A DNA stretch of 64,000 nucleotides from Candidatus Bathyarchaeia archaeon (GCA_050010515.1 JBEKKX010000007.1:9068-73067); one strand, 5' to 3'. Shown: positions 10,131 through 18,685, numbered from the stretch's first letter. Notes: generated from the letters alone by a model not told the origin. Numbers and translations: made by a program.

Positions 10131-10746
10131 CTATCCAGTAGAATCGGGGTACACGTTGAATATAACATTGCATGGCGGAAATTGGTTATATTCATCAATT
10201 GGATAATAGCGCCAAGGTAGGTCCAAGGGTAGGACTATTGTGCCGTTTGCTGATAACACAGCAGTTGAGTGAGCATAACTTGGGTCTACTTCAAAGTAAT
10301 AATCTCCATACGATAAAGGTACCGTATAATTTGAAGATGTAATTTGTGTTAAAGTCGTCTCATATGAGTCATTATACATTGTTAAAGTTACGGCCGCATT
10401 ACCCACACCGGTGTTATTTGCTGCGTACAGTAAGTGACCGTAGATAACATACTCAGCAATATAATATGAACCATAAGCTTCCATTGTTATATTTTCTGCA
10501 GTAATAGGTGTAACGTTAACAGTGCCAAATACAACTTGATTGGAAAATGGAAGTGTGGGTGTTAAGTACGGTGTTGGCGTGGACAAGAGTGTTGGCGTGG
10601 GAGTGGGCTTTATAACATCTACATTATTGACATTTTGAGCATGCGAGTTAAATGTTAAGCCCGATTACACCTGCAGAGCACACAATCGCAATTAATGCGG
10701 TGATGCATACGTACATGAGGCGACTGCGCTTTGGGCTATTCAACAC
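10131..10746 (-). pseudogene. Secreted/surface protein gene with a frameshift near 10661
   Basis: GTG at 10746 opens a signal peptide (MLNSPKRSRLMYVCITALIAIVCSAGVIG) that stops; the PT-rich linker and beta-rich body continue in the adjacent frame as ORF 10131..10586. Confidence 0.65.
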
Positions 10747-10930
10747 GCTACACCTTTACTTGCTTTAACAGCTAAGTTAGCGCTTCCTGCTTAAAGCATT
10801 TGGGTTCGAAGCGCTTTTGCACATTAGGCTTTAAAATAGGCTCAGACTGCAAATCCCTCGCTTGTTGTCTGCGAGTACGCCATAAGATACAGCATATAGC
10901 AAATTAGCTTAAAGGTGCATACGCATTTCC

Positions 10931-11026
10931 ACGGTGTTCAATCACCGTACAAAAGCATAGCTTCCAATGGGTAAAGCGCTACAGATGCACGGTGAATATT
11001 CACCGTAAGGTCATGGAGTACACCGT
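10931..11026. repeat. Palindrome cluster B: 2 x ACGGTG-N6-CACCGT plus a half-site
   Basis: 10931-10948 (TTCAAT), 10989-11006 (AATATT), half-site caccgt at 11021-11026. Confidence 0.85.
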
Positions 11027-11221
11027 ACAAAGGGGCAAAGCGCTGCAGAACCAAGCGATGGTCGAATTGGCTGTTAACCTTGAGCCCAGTTGGCTTACTC
11101 AATTATTCGACAGAATTTTCGGTATGGAATTTTACTAAGAAAGCATGTAAGCGACAAAACCCTATTAAGTCCAAACATATTATATTGTAAAACTATCATA
11201 CTTGCCTACAAGGCGAGACTG

Positions 11222-11851
11222 TTGATAGACGCAAAAATTAAAGAACTTCTGGGTTTTGATATCGATACTCCGGACAAAAAAGTTTTAGCTGCTTGGAAGG
11301 CTGCTTCATCGCGGGTATGCAAACCTTGTTGGGAACTCAAATATTGCCCATACGGACCCTTTGTTGAGGAGTCGCCATTGCTACCTCCATTACGCGAGGA
11401 AATGGTTAAAGAGATTAAGTATCTAAAAAATTGTCTCAAAACAGGTAAAATGGCTGATGGAAAGCCCTTAGATGTAAAGCGCAAAAAAATCTTCCAAGAC
11501 GAGATAGATGGATTCAAACCTGAGGATTACCCAGAAAAAATTCCACAAGAAATTTTAGAATCAAGCTGCAACGTCTTTGGTCATATATGTCCTGTAGTAT
11601 TTGTTGCTGAGGGATTCACTGAAACTTCTGAAAATCGTAGAACTGGAAGATACATACCTTTTAAGGTAAAAATGCGTGTAGCTCGAAGGGATAATTATGT
11701 TTGCCAAGAATGTAAACACCAGCTTTTAGATGACGAATTAGAATTTGACCATATAATACCTGTTTCAAAGGGAGGCAGTTCAGAGGAACACAATATTCGA
11801 TTGACCTGCTATGACTGTAACCGAGACAAATTGGACAGAGTAGACCTCTAA
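11222..11851 (+). CDS. HNH endonuclease with Cys-rich N-terminal domain
   Basis: RRDNYVCQEC...LEFDHIIPVSKGGSSEEHNIRLTCYDCN; N-terminal CKPCWELKYCPYG; start uncertain (frame open from 11090). Confidence 0.9.
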   Translation: MIDAKIKELLGFDIDTPDKKVLAAWKAASSRVCKPCWELKYCPYGPFVEESPLLPPLREEMVKEIKYLKNCLKTGKMADGKPLDVKRKKIFQDEIDGFKPEDYPEKIPQEILESSCNVFGHICPVVFVAEGFTETSENRRTGRYIPFKVKMRVARRDNYVCQECKHQLLDDELEFDHIIPVSKGGSSEEHNIRLTCYDCNRDKLDRVDL

Positions 11852-11934
11852 CCGAACTTAATCACTTAGAAACACTCTTCTCAATCAATCTTGAGTTAAT
11901 ATCTTAAAGCCTCTAAAGGCATAGTTTGCTCTAC

Positions 11935-12146
11935 ACGGCGTTTGAAGGCCGTAACGGGCACGTCAAGTTTAAGCACCGTGTCATAATACATTAAAGGGCG
12001 AAACGTGCGTCTGCAGTTTGTCTGGATAACGGTGGTACGCTTCCTCACGGTGTTCAATCGCCGTAAAAGCAGCTTTATTTGGGCTCTGATTGGCATTAAC
12101 CTTCAAGCAGACGGCGCTATGCTTCTGCGCGGTGTTCGATCACCGT
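11935..12146. repeat. Palindrome cluster C: 3 slightly degenerate ACGGTG-N6-CACCGT copies
   Basis: 11935-11952 acggcg-tttgaa-ggccgt; 12047-12064 acggtg-ttcaat-cgccgt; 12129-12146 gcggtg-ttcgat-caccgt. Confidence 0.8.
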
Positions 12147-12265
12147 GGAATTGTGCAAGGTAAGCTATTAGCTTAGGCTTGCTTTGAACGTGACCTGACC
12201 AAATAATCGGCATACTTGCCATAAAACTTGTCCGCCTGTCAGCTGATCACTGCACTAAGATTATC

Positions 12266-12318
12266 TGTGTACACACAGTTTACACAAAAAACTTATATGT
12301 GTAAACACAGTACACACA
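12266..12318 (+). promoter_or_regulatory. TATA box flanked by repeated operator-like sites upstream of the RHH gene
   Basis: tgtgtacacacagtttacaca - aaaaacttata - tgtgtaaacacagtacacaca; gtttacaca and tgtgtaaac form an inverted pair around the TATA box. Confidence 0.65.
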
Positions 12319-12339
12319 TATTCAGAGAAGCGATTGCTA

Positions 12340-12792
12340 ATGCCAAAAAACATTACACTCTCAATGCCCGATGACGTGGCTGCGGATATGGAAGCCATGC
12401 CTGAAGTAAATTGGTCAGCTGTAGCGAAGGGAAGCATTAAGACGTACATTGAAGCTCGGAAAAAACCCGATATCACACCATTAATTGAAAACCTTCTGCG
12501 ACAGAAAACCGAAGAATACGTTAACGGAAGAAAAAAGGCAGACGAGATCGCTGAAAAGTCAGGATATCGATTCGTAGACATAATCGTACGCAAATGCTTT
12601 ACAAAATCTTCAGAGATCCACGACATGGAAGAACAAAACTACCCACCATGGGAAATACCAGATCTTGATCAAGAATTTGAAAAAATACTACTCGACCTCA
12701 AGGTAATCACAACGGAAGCTTCAGGAGAGTTCTTAAAAGGCATTAGGGAGCGATTAATCGAGATATATCACGTGCTCAACCAGCAAGAATAA
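12340..12792 (+). CDS. Ribbon-helix-helix (CopG/antitoxin-like) regulator
   Basis: MPKNITLSMPDDVAADMEAMPEVNWSAVAK matches the archaeal RHH pattern (NITLS.P...E.NWS). Confidence 0.7.
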   Translation: MPKNITLSMPDDVAADMEAMPEVNWSAVAKGSIKTYIEARKKPDITPLIENLLRQKTEEYVNGRKKADEIAEKSGYRFVDIIVRKCFTKSSEIHDMEEQNYPPWEIPDLDQEFEKILLDLKVITTEASGEFLKGIRERLIEIYHVLNQQE

Positions 12793-12793
12793 T

Positions 12794-12873
12794 GGATGGA
12801 TAGCTTAGCACGGACTTAAAGCACCCGCCCGCTAAGCGGAAGACCGTGGGTTCAAATCCCACCCCATCCACCA
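12794..12873 (+). tRNA. Atypical tRNA-like gene: anticodon GCT, short variable loop, encoded CCA
   Basis: GGATGGA/CCCATCC acceptor stem, GCTT/AAGC D stem, CCCGC-CCGCTAA-GCGGA anticodon arm, GTGGG-TTCAAAT-CCCAC T arm, ACCA end. Confidence 0.75.
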
Positions 12874-12897
12874 ATTTAATACTATTAGTCTGTTTAA

Positions 12898-13836
12898 TTA
12901 ATAAGTTTTTGATCCAGTCTCTGGAACTGGAGGCTTATTTGTAGTGGTATCCGATTGCATTTTCAGCCTTAAGCTTGTTAAGTACTCAGTATATTTACCG
13001 TAGAACTTATCCGCTTGTCGCCTTAGCACCATATAATGCTTTGCACCTATGCGCTTTGGCACCCTGCCTTCAATAAAGTCTGCAACGCTTTCTGGAACCT
13101 CAAGCTCAACCATCTTGTCAAAGGCGAACTTGCGCAGATATTTGGGTGCAATCGCCTTATGCTTCCTGCAGCGATGTGCCGCTGTTCCGGGTCTAAACGC
13201 TTTTTCTGAGACTTGGCTCAACAGCTTAAAGGTGTACTCGGTAAAGTATCCGTAGAACGCTTGCTTGTTGCCCCTAAAAGCTCCAATCTCAACGCGGTAA
13301 AATCCATTAACCGTCGCAACCTTGTCAGCCTCAAATTCGCTTATCACCTTAAGCGCCTCGACTAAACGCAACCCGGAGTCAACCAGAAGGTTATACAGAG
13401 CCCAATACTTTAGGGTCGCATTTTTGATTGAGCTTAGGGAGCGTACAATCTCTGGCTCGTCTGGAACTTTAAGGTCTATTCCGGTGCAATTAGCTTTAGG
13501 CAGCGATTTTCTGAGAATGTTGACTACCCAGTCATCATATCCGAGCGCTTCCAAATAATTAAAGAGAACTCGGAAGCCAAGCCAAAGGTTACGCCTACCT
13601 TTCTTAACCTTACTGAAGATACCAATAACATCTTGGGGATAATTTATCACCTTAAAGTGCCAGTCAAGATAGCGAAGAATATCAGTGATGTAGGTTGAGC
13701 TATAGCTTTGAGAATCCAAATATTGCCTAAAGCCCTGTCGCAAATCAGCCCAAATCAAGCTTATTTTTAAATTCTGAGCGCTTTTGACGCCTGCGGAGCC
13801 GGAGGTCCTGGGTTCAAATCCCAGCGGGCCCGCCAT
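12898..13836 (-). CDS. SSV1-type tyrosine integrase, C-terminal catalytic fragment (intC)
   Basis: DSGLRLVE, PKYLRKF, ADFIEGR and AKHY give the R-K-R-R-Y catalytic set typical of SSV1-like integrases; starts inside the att site. Confidence 0.92.
   Translation of the reverse strand: MAGPLGFEPRTSGSAGVKSAQNLKISLIWADLRQGFRQYLDSQSYSSTYITDILRYLDWHFKVINYPQDVIGIFSKVKKGRRNLWLGFRVLFNYLEALGYDDWVVNILRKSLPKANCTGIDLKVPDEPEIVRSLSSIKNATLKYWALYNLLVDSGLRLVEALKVISEFEADKVATVNGFYRVEIGAFRGNKQAFYGYFTEYTFKLLSQVSEKAFRPGTAAHRCRKHKAIAPKYLRKFAFDKMVELEVPESVADFIEGRVPKRIGAKHYMVLRRQADKFYGKYTEYLTSLRLKMQSDTTTNKPPVPETGSKTY
13789..13832 (+). repeat. att site, distal (44-bp tRNA-Arg 3' half, followed by CCA)
   Basis: Identical to 8213-8256; cca follows at 13833-13835. 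Confidence 0.95.
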
Positions 13837-13935
13837 CTTCCCATAAAAAACTAATTTTTTCAGGGATTCAATTAAAAAGTAATTTAGCCTTTTTGAGCGC
13901 TAAAATTAAAATGTTAAAGAAACGGTTAAGGGTTT

Positions 13936-14613
13936 TTATTCTCTGCTTGAGAGTATCAGGATGTAGTCTGCTGTGTCTGCGCACATGTCTGATGCTTGCT
14001 CGATGAATTCTATCAGGTCGTCGAATATTACCATGGCTCCGCAGTTTATGTTTGCGCCGTATTTCACGAATAAGCTTTTAGTTTTAAGGTATTCAACGTC
14101 TATTGCGTGTTCTATTTCGCCGACTTTTTTTGCTTCATTTATGGCTTCTGTTGGGTTTGATGAGATTTTTTCTATGCTGTTTCTTAATGTCTGTGCTGTT
14201 TCCACAAGTTTTCCAGTCATGAAAACGGTTTTTTCGCATAGCTCTTGTGGGATTTCAGCCTCAGAGAGCATTTCAAGGCATCTTGCAGCATCTTTAGTGT
14301 GGTCTGCCAGTGTATCTAACCGTTTAACAAGGTGTAAGAGGTCTTCGCGGTAATCGGCTACAAGAGCTGCACCCTTGGATAACTCCATGAAGACGTCTGT
14401 TCGAAGCTGGTCAACGCCTTCCTCAGTTTTATATAAGTTTTCAATATACTTTTGTGCTTCTTTAAAGTTTTTTTCTGAAAAGCTTTTGGTTGCTTTATGC
14501 AACCATGTTACAGTATCAAAAGCCTTTGTTATTTGATCATGAGCAAGTTCTAATCCTCTGGTTTTACGGCGCTGCTCAAACCAATCGTAACTTTTTTTTT
14601 CCACTCTCATCAC
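13936..14613 (-). CDS. DUF47 / PhoU-like phosphate transport regulator
   Basis: Duplicated helical E..D..R and D.LAD / EQASDMCADTAD motifs. Confidence 0.8.
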   Translation of the reverse strand: MMRVEKKSYDWFEQRRKTRGLELAHDQITKAFDTVTWLHKATKSFSEKNFKEAQKYIENLYKTEEGVDQLRTDVFMELSKGAALVADYREDLLHLVKRLDTLADHTKDAARCLEMLSEAEIPQELCEKTVFMTGKLVETAQTLRNSIEKISSNPTEAINEAKKVGEIEHAIDVEYLKTKSLFVKYGANINCGAMVIFDDLIEFIEQASDMCADTADYILILSSRE

Positions 14614-15026
14614 TACTGTTACATTATTGAATGGGTTTCAGATATAACCCTTCTCTTAATACCGCATCCAAAGATAACTTTAACATACTTGTCTTTTCTT
14701 GCGAAATGCTTACTTTTTAGGGATGTCACGCTTAGCATGCATCAATCGCCAAGAGCCAATCCACAAGATCACTCTTTTTAGCTTGTGATTGCCTTTTGCT
14801 GCCTGCTTTTCCCTTCACATTTTACCCCCTCAATCAACTATTAAGACGCTTAACCATGCATTACACATGGATGAAGTACCATGGCGCTTCGAGTTCTGTG
14901 CATCGTTTTTTTGCTTTCTTCTTCTGCTGCATGGCACTCTTATGTAGTCAATCTTTTTTTGCCTTATTTATGCTATCCAAATAGTATATAGAGAGTAACC
15001 TAGTCTATATATTGCAGACTTTTATG

Positions 15027-15953
15027 TTAGTCTTCCAGAACAGTCTTCGCCAACCGCACTTTATCTTCTAAACTCTTCATCACGGTATCTGTCACTTTCA
15101 CCTTGATTCCAAGCTGTTCTATCTGGTTCTTCTCCCCAGCATCCTTAATGTCAATCACAAAAGTATCAAGAAAATCCGCATAAAGCTTAGCAACAGAAAA
15201 CGCTGAAACCTCAAAACCTAAACCACGCAGCAGTTTATCTGCAGGACCCTTAATCGGAGCACCAGCAACTATTGGACTAACCCCGACAACTTTGGCACTT
15301 GTCCTCTTCAATGCGTCTCTTATTCCATCAACCGAGAGAATGGTGCCAATGCTAACCACCGGATTGCTTGGACAAAGAACAACCATTTCCGCATCAACAA
15401 TTGAATCTACAGCTTTAGGCGAAGGTTTCGCGTGAGCAGCGCCAGCAGCGCCAACAAATTCTACACCTAAAACCTTATCCTTGGCTTGTCTTTTAACAAA
15501 ATATTCTTCGAAATGAACTAACCCTTCCTCGATTTTTATCCAAGTCTCAAACTTATCATCCGTCATTGGCAAAATGGTAACCTTAAGCCCTAAGGCATGG
15601 CAAATCTCGTCGGTCACCTGCGAGAGCGTGAAACCTTTGTTTAACAAATTCGTCCGAAAAATATGAGTTGCAAAATCCTTATCACCCAAACTAAACCATG
15701 TTTCTAAGCCCAATTTTTTGATCATTTCGAGACACTGAAACGTGTCGCCTTTTATTCCCCAACCTTTTTCCTCGTCAACGATACCTGCTAAAGTGTACGC
15801 TACAATGTCGATGTCCGGCGAAATGTGCAAACCGAACATTTCAATGTCGTCGCCAGTATTCACAATTACCGATAAATCTTCCTCTTTAACAAGTCTCGTT
15901 AAGCCAGTGAGAAATCTGGCGGCGCCAACCCCACCTGCTAAAGCCGTAATCAT
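15027..15953 (-). CDS. cofD: 2-phospho-L-lactate transferase
   Basis: LAGGVGAARF, VNTGDD, ISPDID, PSNPVVSIG and KGPADK motifs. Confidence 0.93.
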   Translation of the reverse strand: MITALAGGVGAARFLTGLTRLVKEEDLSVIVNTGDDIEMFGLHISPDIDIVAYTLAGIVDEEKGWGIKGDTFQCLEMIKKLGLETWFSLGDKDFATHIFRTNLLNKGFTLSQVTDEICHALGLKVTILPMTDDKFETWIKIEEGLVHFEEYFVKRQAKDKVLGVEFVGAAGAAHAKPSPKAVDSIVDAEMVVLCPSNPVVSIGTILSVDGIRDALKRTSAKVVGVSPIVAGAPIKGPADKLLRGLGFEVSAFSVAKLYADFLDTFVIDIKDAGEKNQIEQLGIKVKVTDTVMKSLEDKVRLAKTVLED

Positions 15954-15972
15954 AAACTTTCATACCATCGAG

Positions 15973-16437
15973 TTAATGGTTGTGTTTTTCTGAAACCCAA
16001 TATTCAACGGCAGAACCTTTTGCATCAACGATGCGTTCTTTTTTGAAAACCGGTGCTTCGCTTTTGTACCTTTCTACAGCTTCTCGCAGGACTGGAAAAA
16101 TATCTGTTCGGTGAGAACCAGCAACTGCAACATAAACTAAATCGTCTCCAACATTGAATTCGCCGAGTAAATGGTGAATTTGAACGTTAACTATTCCTGG
16201 CTTTTGGGATAAATCATTACATATTTTGCCTAAGACTTGATTGGCTTTTTCTTCATAAGCTTCAAGTTGGAGTTTTTCAACTTTTTGCCCCTTGAAAGTT
16301 TCCCCTCGAACTACACCTATAAAAAGCCCTATCGCCCCAGCTTTGTGGTAATTGGGGTCTTTTTTAATGTTGTCGATAGTGTCTTGAACCGTAAAGGTTC
16401 CCTTTTCATGAACTCCCGCCTTTGCCGACAAATACAA
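15973..16437 (-). CDS. moaE: Molybdopterin synthase catalytic subunit
   Basis: GAIGLFIGVVR, LEAY, VAGSHR and KSEAPVFKKE motifs. Confidence 0.9.
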   Translation of the reverse strand: MYLSAKAGVHEKGTFTVQDTIDNIKKDPNYHKAGAIGLFIGVVRGETFKGQKVEKLQLEAYEEKANQVLGKICNDLSQKPGIVNVQIHHLLGEFNVGDDLVYVAVAGSHRTDIFPVLREAVERYKSEAPVFKKERIVDAKGSAVEYWVSEKHNH

Positions 16438-16529
16438 TGCACCCTTAAAGTTTCATTAAAGAAATTTTTAGATTATCGTTTCTAAAGTATTTTGCCCTAA
16501 AAAAGAAGAATTTGAAAATAAAGAATGGG

Positions 16530-17168
16530 TTATGCTTCAGCTTGAACTACTGGAGCTGCTTGGGCTTCTTGCGTTTGCGCCTGCGCTTGTGGCTGCGCTA
16601 TTAGTTTGGATTTTCTTATGCCAACATGTCTTAATGGCGCCACTTCTTTAGCTTGGTTGTAGATGTCTGAAGCAATTTTGCCGAGAACCATTTCTTGAAC
16701 GAACTGATCAAGCGATAACGCAATGGCTTTTTCGTGGATTGTTTTCTCCATTATTTTGCGGATTATCTTTTCTTGAGACGTTTTTATTCTTGAAAGCGTC
16801 AGCGCTGAAACTGCAATTCTAAGCTTGAATCCGTCTTTTGTGGTTAGGTTGATTAATGCATCAACTTTTGTTGTTCTTCTTCTAACCAAGCTTCGAAGGT
16901 AATCTCGCGAGTACTCATGGCCTTTAAAGAGCGTTTTGGCGGTTTTTCCGTCAACCTCGTTTATTTGGAAAAACATTTTCAGGTAATGGTGGGAAAAGTC
17001 GCTTGTTATATCATATAAGGTTGTTTCAACAACTCTGCCGATTAGTTGTTCCGGTTCTTGCGCTGGTATGGAACCTAACTCATAGTTGCCAAAGAAGGAC
17101 GGCGCAACAACCATGTACCATCCCTTTCCACGCCACTTATCACGTATATGTTTTGTTTTTGAAGACAA
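16530..17168 (-). CDS. rps3ae: 30S ribosomal protein S3Ae (eS1)
   Basis: RDKWRGKGWY, GRVVETTLYDIT and RDYLRSLVRR motifs. Confidence 0.95.
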   Translation of the reverse strand: MSSKTKHIRDKWRGKGWYMVVAPSFFGNYELGSIPAQEPEQLIGRVVETTLYDITSDFSHHYLKMFFQINEVDGKTAKTLFKGHEYSRDYLRSLVRRRTTKVDALINLTTKDGFKLRIAVSALTLSRIKTSQEKIIRKIMEKTIHEKAIALSLDQFVQEMVLGKIASDIYNQAKEVAPLRHVGIRKSKLIAQPQAQAQTQEAQAAPVVQAEA

Positions 17169-17218
17169 ATTTATTTCTCCAAGCGTGCCTCAACATTCTC
17201 AAGGAAATATTAAAAGGT

Positions 17219-18508
17219 TTAGCGTTTTTTGTCAATTTTTTCTTTGTTGCCCATGTATTTTTTCAAAGCACTTGGTATGTTAATTGTGCCGTCTGCTTGC
17301 TGATTGTTTTCTAGTATGGCAACTATAGTTCTGCCTGAAGCTACGGCTGTCGAGTTTAATGTATGAACAAATCCTTTCGGCGGTGCGCCCTCCTTTTCCC
17401 TGTAACGAATGCCTAAACGCCTTCCTTGATAATCAGTACAGTTGCTGCACGAAACAACTTCGCGGTACCCATTTTGCGCTGGCATCCAAGCTTCAATATC
17501 GTATTTTTTAGCTGCTACGGTTCCAATGTCGCCTGTGCAAACGTTGACAACACGGTATGGCAATTCAAGCTTTTGAAGCAGTTCCTCAGCGTTCTGCAGC
17601 AGTTCCTCATGTAGCTTAGTTGAGTCTTCTGGCTTGCAAAAGATGAATTGTTCGATTTTGTTGAATTGGTGGGTTCGGAATATTCCTCTTGTGTCTTTGC
17701 CGTGTGCGCCCGCCTCTTTTCTAAAGCATGTGCTTATTCCAGCAAGTTTTAGCGGCATGTCCTGTTCTTTTAACACTTCGTTCATGTACATTGCAGCCAT
17801 AGGATGCTCAGAAGTGGCGATTAAGTATAGGTCTTCGTTTTCCACTTTATAGAGAACATCAGCAAAGTCTCCAAGTGCCGTTACGCCTTCATATGCTTCA
17901 CGCTTCATCAAATACGGCGGAATGATCGGCGTGTAGCCCTTTTTTGTTAGTTCCTCTATAGCGAAGCTCATCAGCGCCATGTCTAATTGTGCGACTTGGT
18001 TTTTTAGGTAGAAGAATCTTGCGCCAGATATTTTTCCAGCTCTTTCCATGTCAATCTGGTCTAATTCTAAGGCTAAGTCGATATGATTTTTTATTGGAAA
18101 ATTAAATTTTGGGATTGTTCCCCAAGTTTTTACTTGCACATTGTCGTTAGAGTCTTTTCCAAGTGGAACACTTTCATCCAGCAGGTTCGGAAGCTGCATG
18201 AGGTAGTCATGGGTTTTCTGTTCTTGTTGGGTTACTTGCTTTTCGATGTGGGTTATTTTTTCATCGATATCCTGTGCCCTCTCGACTTCGCTGTCGGCTT
18301 CCTTGCCAGCTTTTTTTAGTTTGGCGATTTCTATGGTTACCTGCTTTCGGTTGTGACGCAGCTCGTTTAGTTTAGTGAGGTTAAATCGCCATTCCTTGTC
18401 AACAGCAATTAAATCCTCTAGCATTTGGGTGGTTTCAGGGTTGCCACGCTTTTCCAAATTATTTTTTACTAGCTCGGGGTTTTCACGGATAAGCTTGATA
18501 TCTAACAT
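17219..18508 (-). CDS. serS: Serine--tRNA ligase
   Basis: MLDIKLIRENP start; LIATSEHP, FRKEAGAHGKDTRGIFRTHQFNK and VHTLNST motifs. Confidence 0.97.
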   Translation of the reverse strand: MLDIKLIRENPELVKNNLEKRGNPETTQMLEDLIAVDKEWRFNLTKLNELRHNRKQVTIEIAKLKKAGKEADSEVERAQDIDEKITHIEKQVTQQEQKTHDYLMQLPNLLDESVPLGKDSNDNVQVKTWGTIPKFNFPIKNHIDLALELDQIDMERAGKISGARFFYLKNQVAQLDMALMSFAIEELTKKGYTPIIPPYLMKREAYEGVTALGDFADVLYKVENEDLYLIATSEHPMAAMYMNEVLKEQDMPLKLAGISTCFRKEAGAHGKDTRGIFRTHQFNKIEQFIFCKPEDSTKLHEELLQNAEELLQKLELPYRVVNVCTGDIGTVAAKKYDIEAWMPAQNGYREVVSCSNCTDYQGRRLGIRYREKEGAPPKGFVHTLNSTAVASGRTIVAILENNQQADGTINIPSALKKYMGNKEKIDKKR

Positions 18509-18685
18509 TGTTCTCACACGGAGTAATTCTCTAACTAACAAAATTAGCTATTTAACTTTGCGATACGGTAGCGGGTGCCTAAGTGCTAGTAGAATACGTA
18601 AAGATATAAAATTTCCGCGAGAATTTATTTAAAAAATAAAAGAAGGTTTGAAGTGGTTTCTTGGTTTTGTTGGTTGTGTCCAGTT

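Larger units (their letters stand above)
8213..13832. mobile_element. Integrative element (about 5.6 kb) in tRNA-Arg(GCG) with split SSV1-type integrase
   Basis: Perfect 44-bp direct repeats at both ends matching the tRNA 3' half; intN and intC fragments overlap the repeats in the same frame. Confidence 0.92.

Noticed and set aside
8611-12146. Palindrome clusters as a CRISPR array
   Set aside because: Spacing is irregular, the repeat centre varies, orientations are mixed, and no cas genes are present.
12794-12873. tRNA-like gene as tRNA-Pyl (CTA lies in the loop) or tRNA-Sec
   Set aside because: CTA is off-centre in the 7-nt loop, stem lengths are standard, there is no long arm, and no pyl or sel genes are present.
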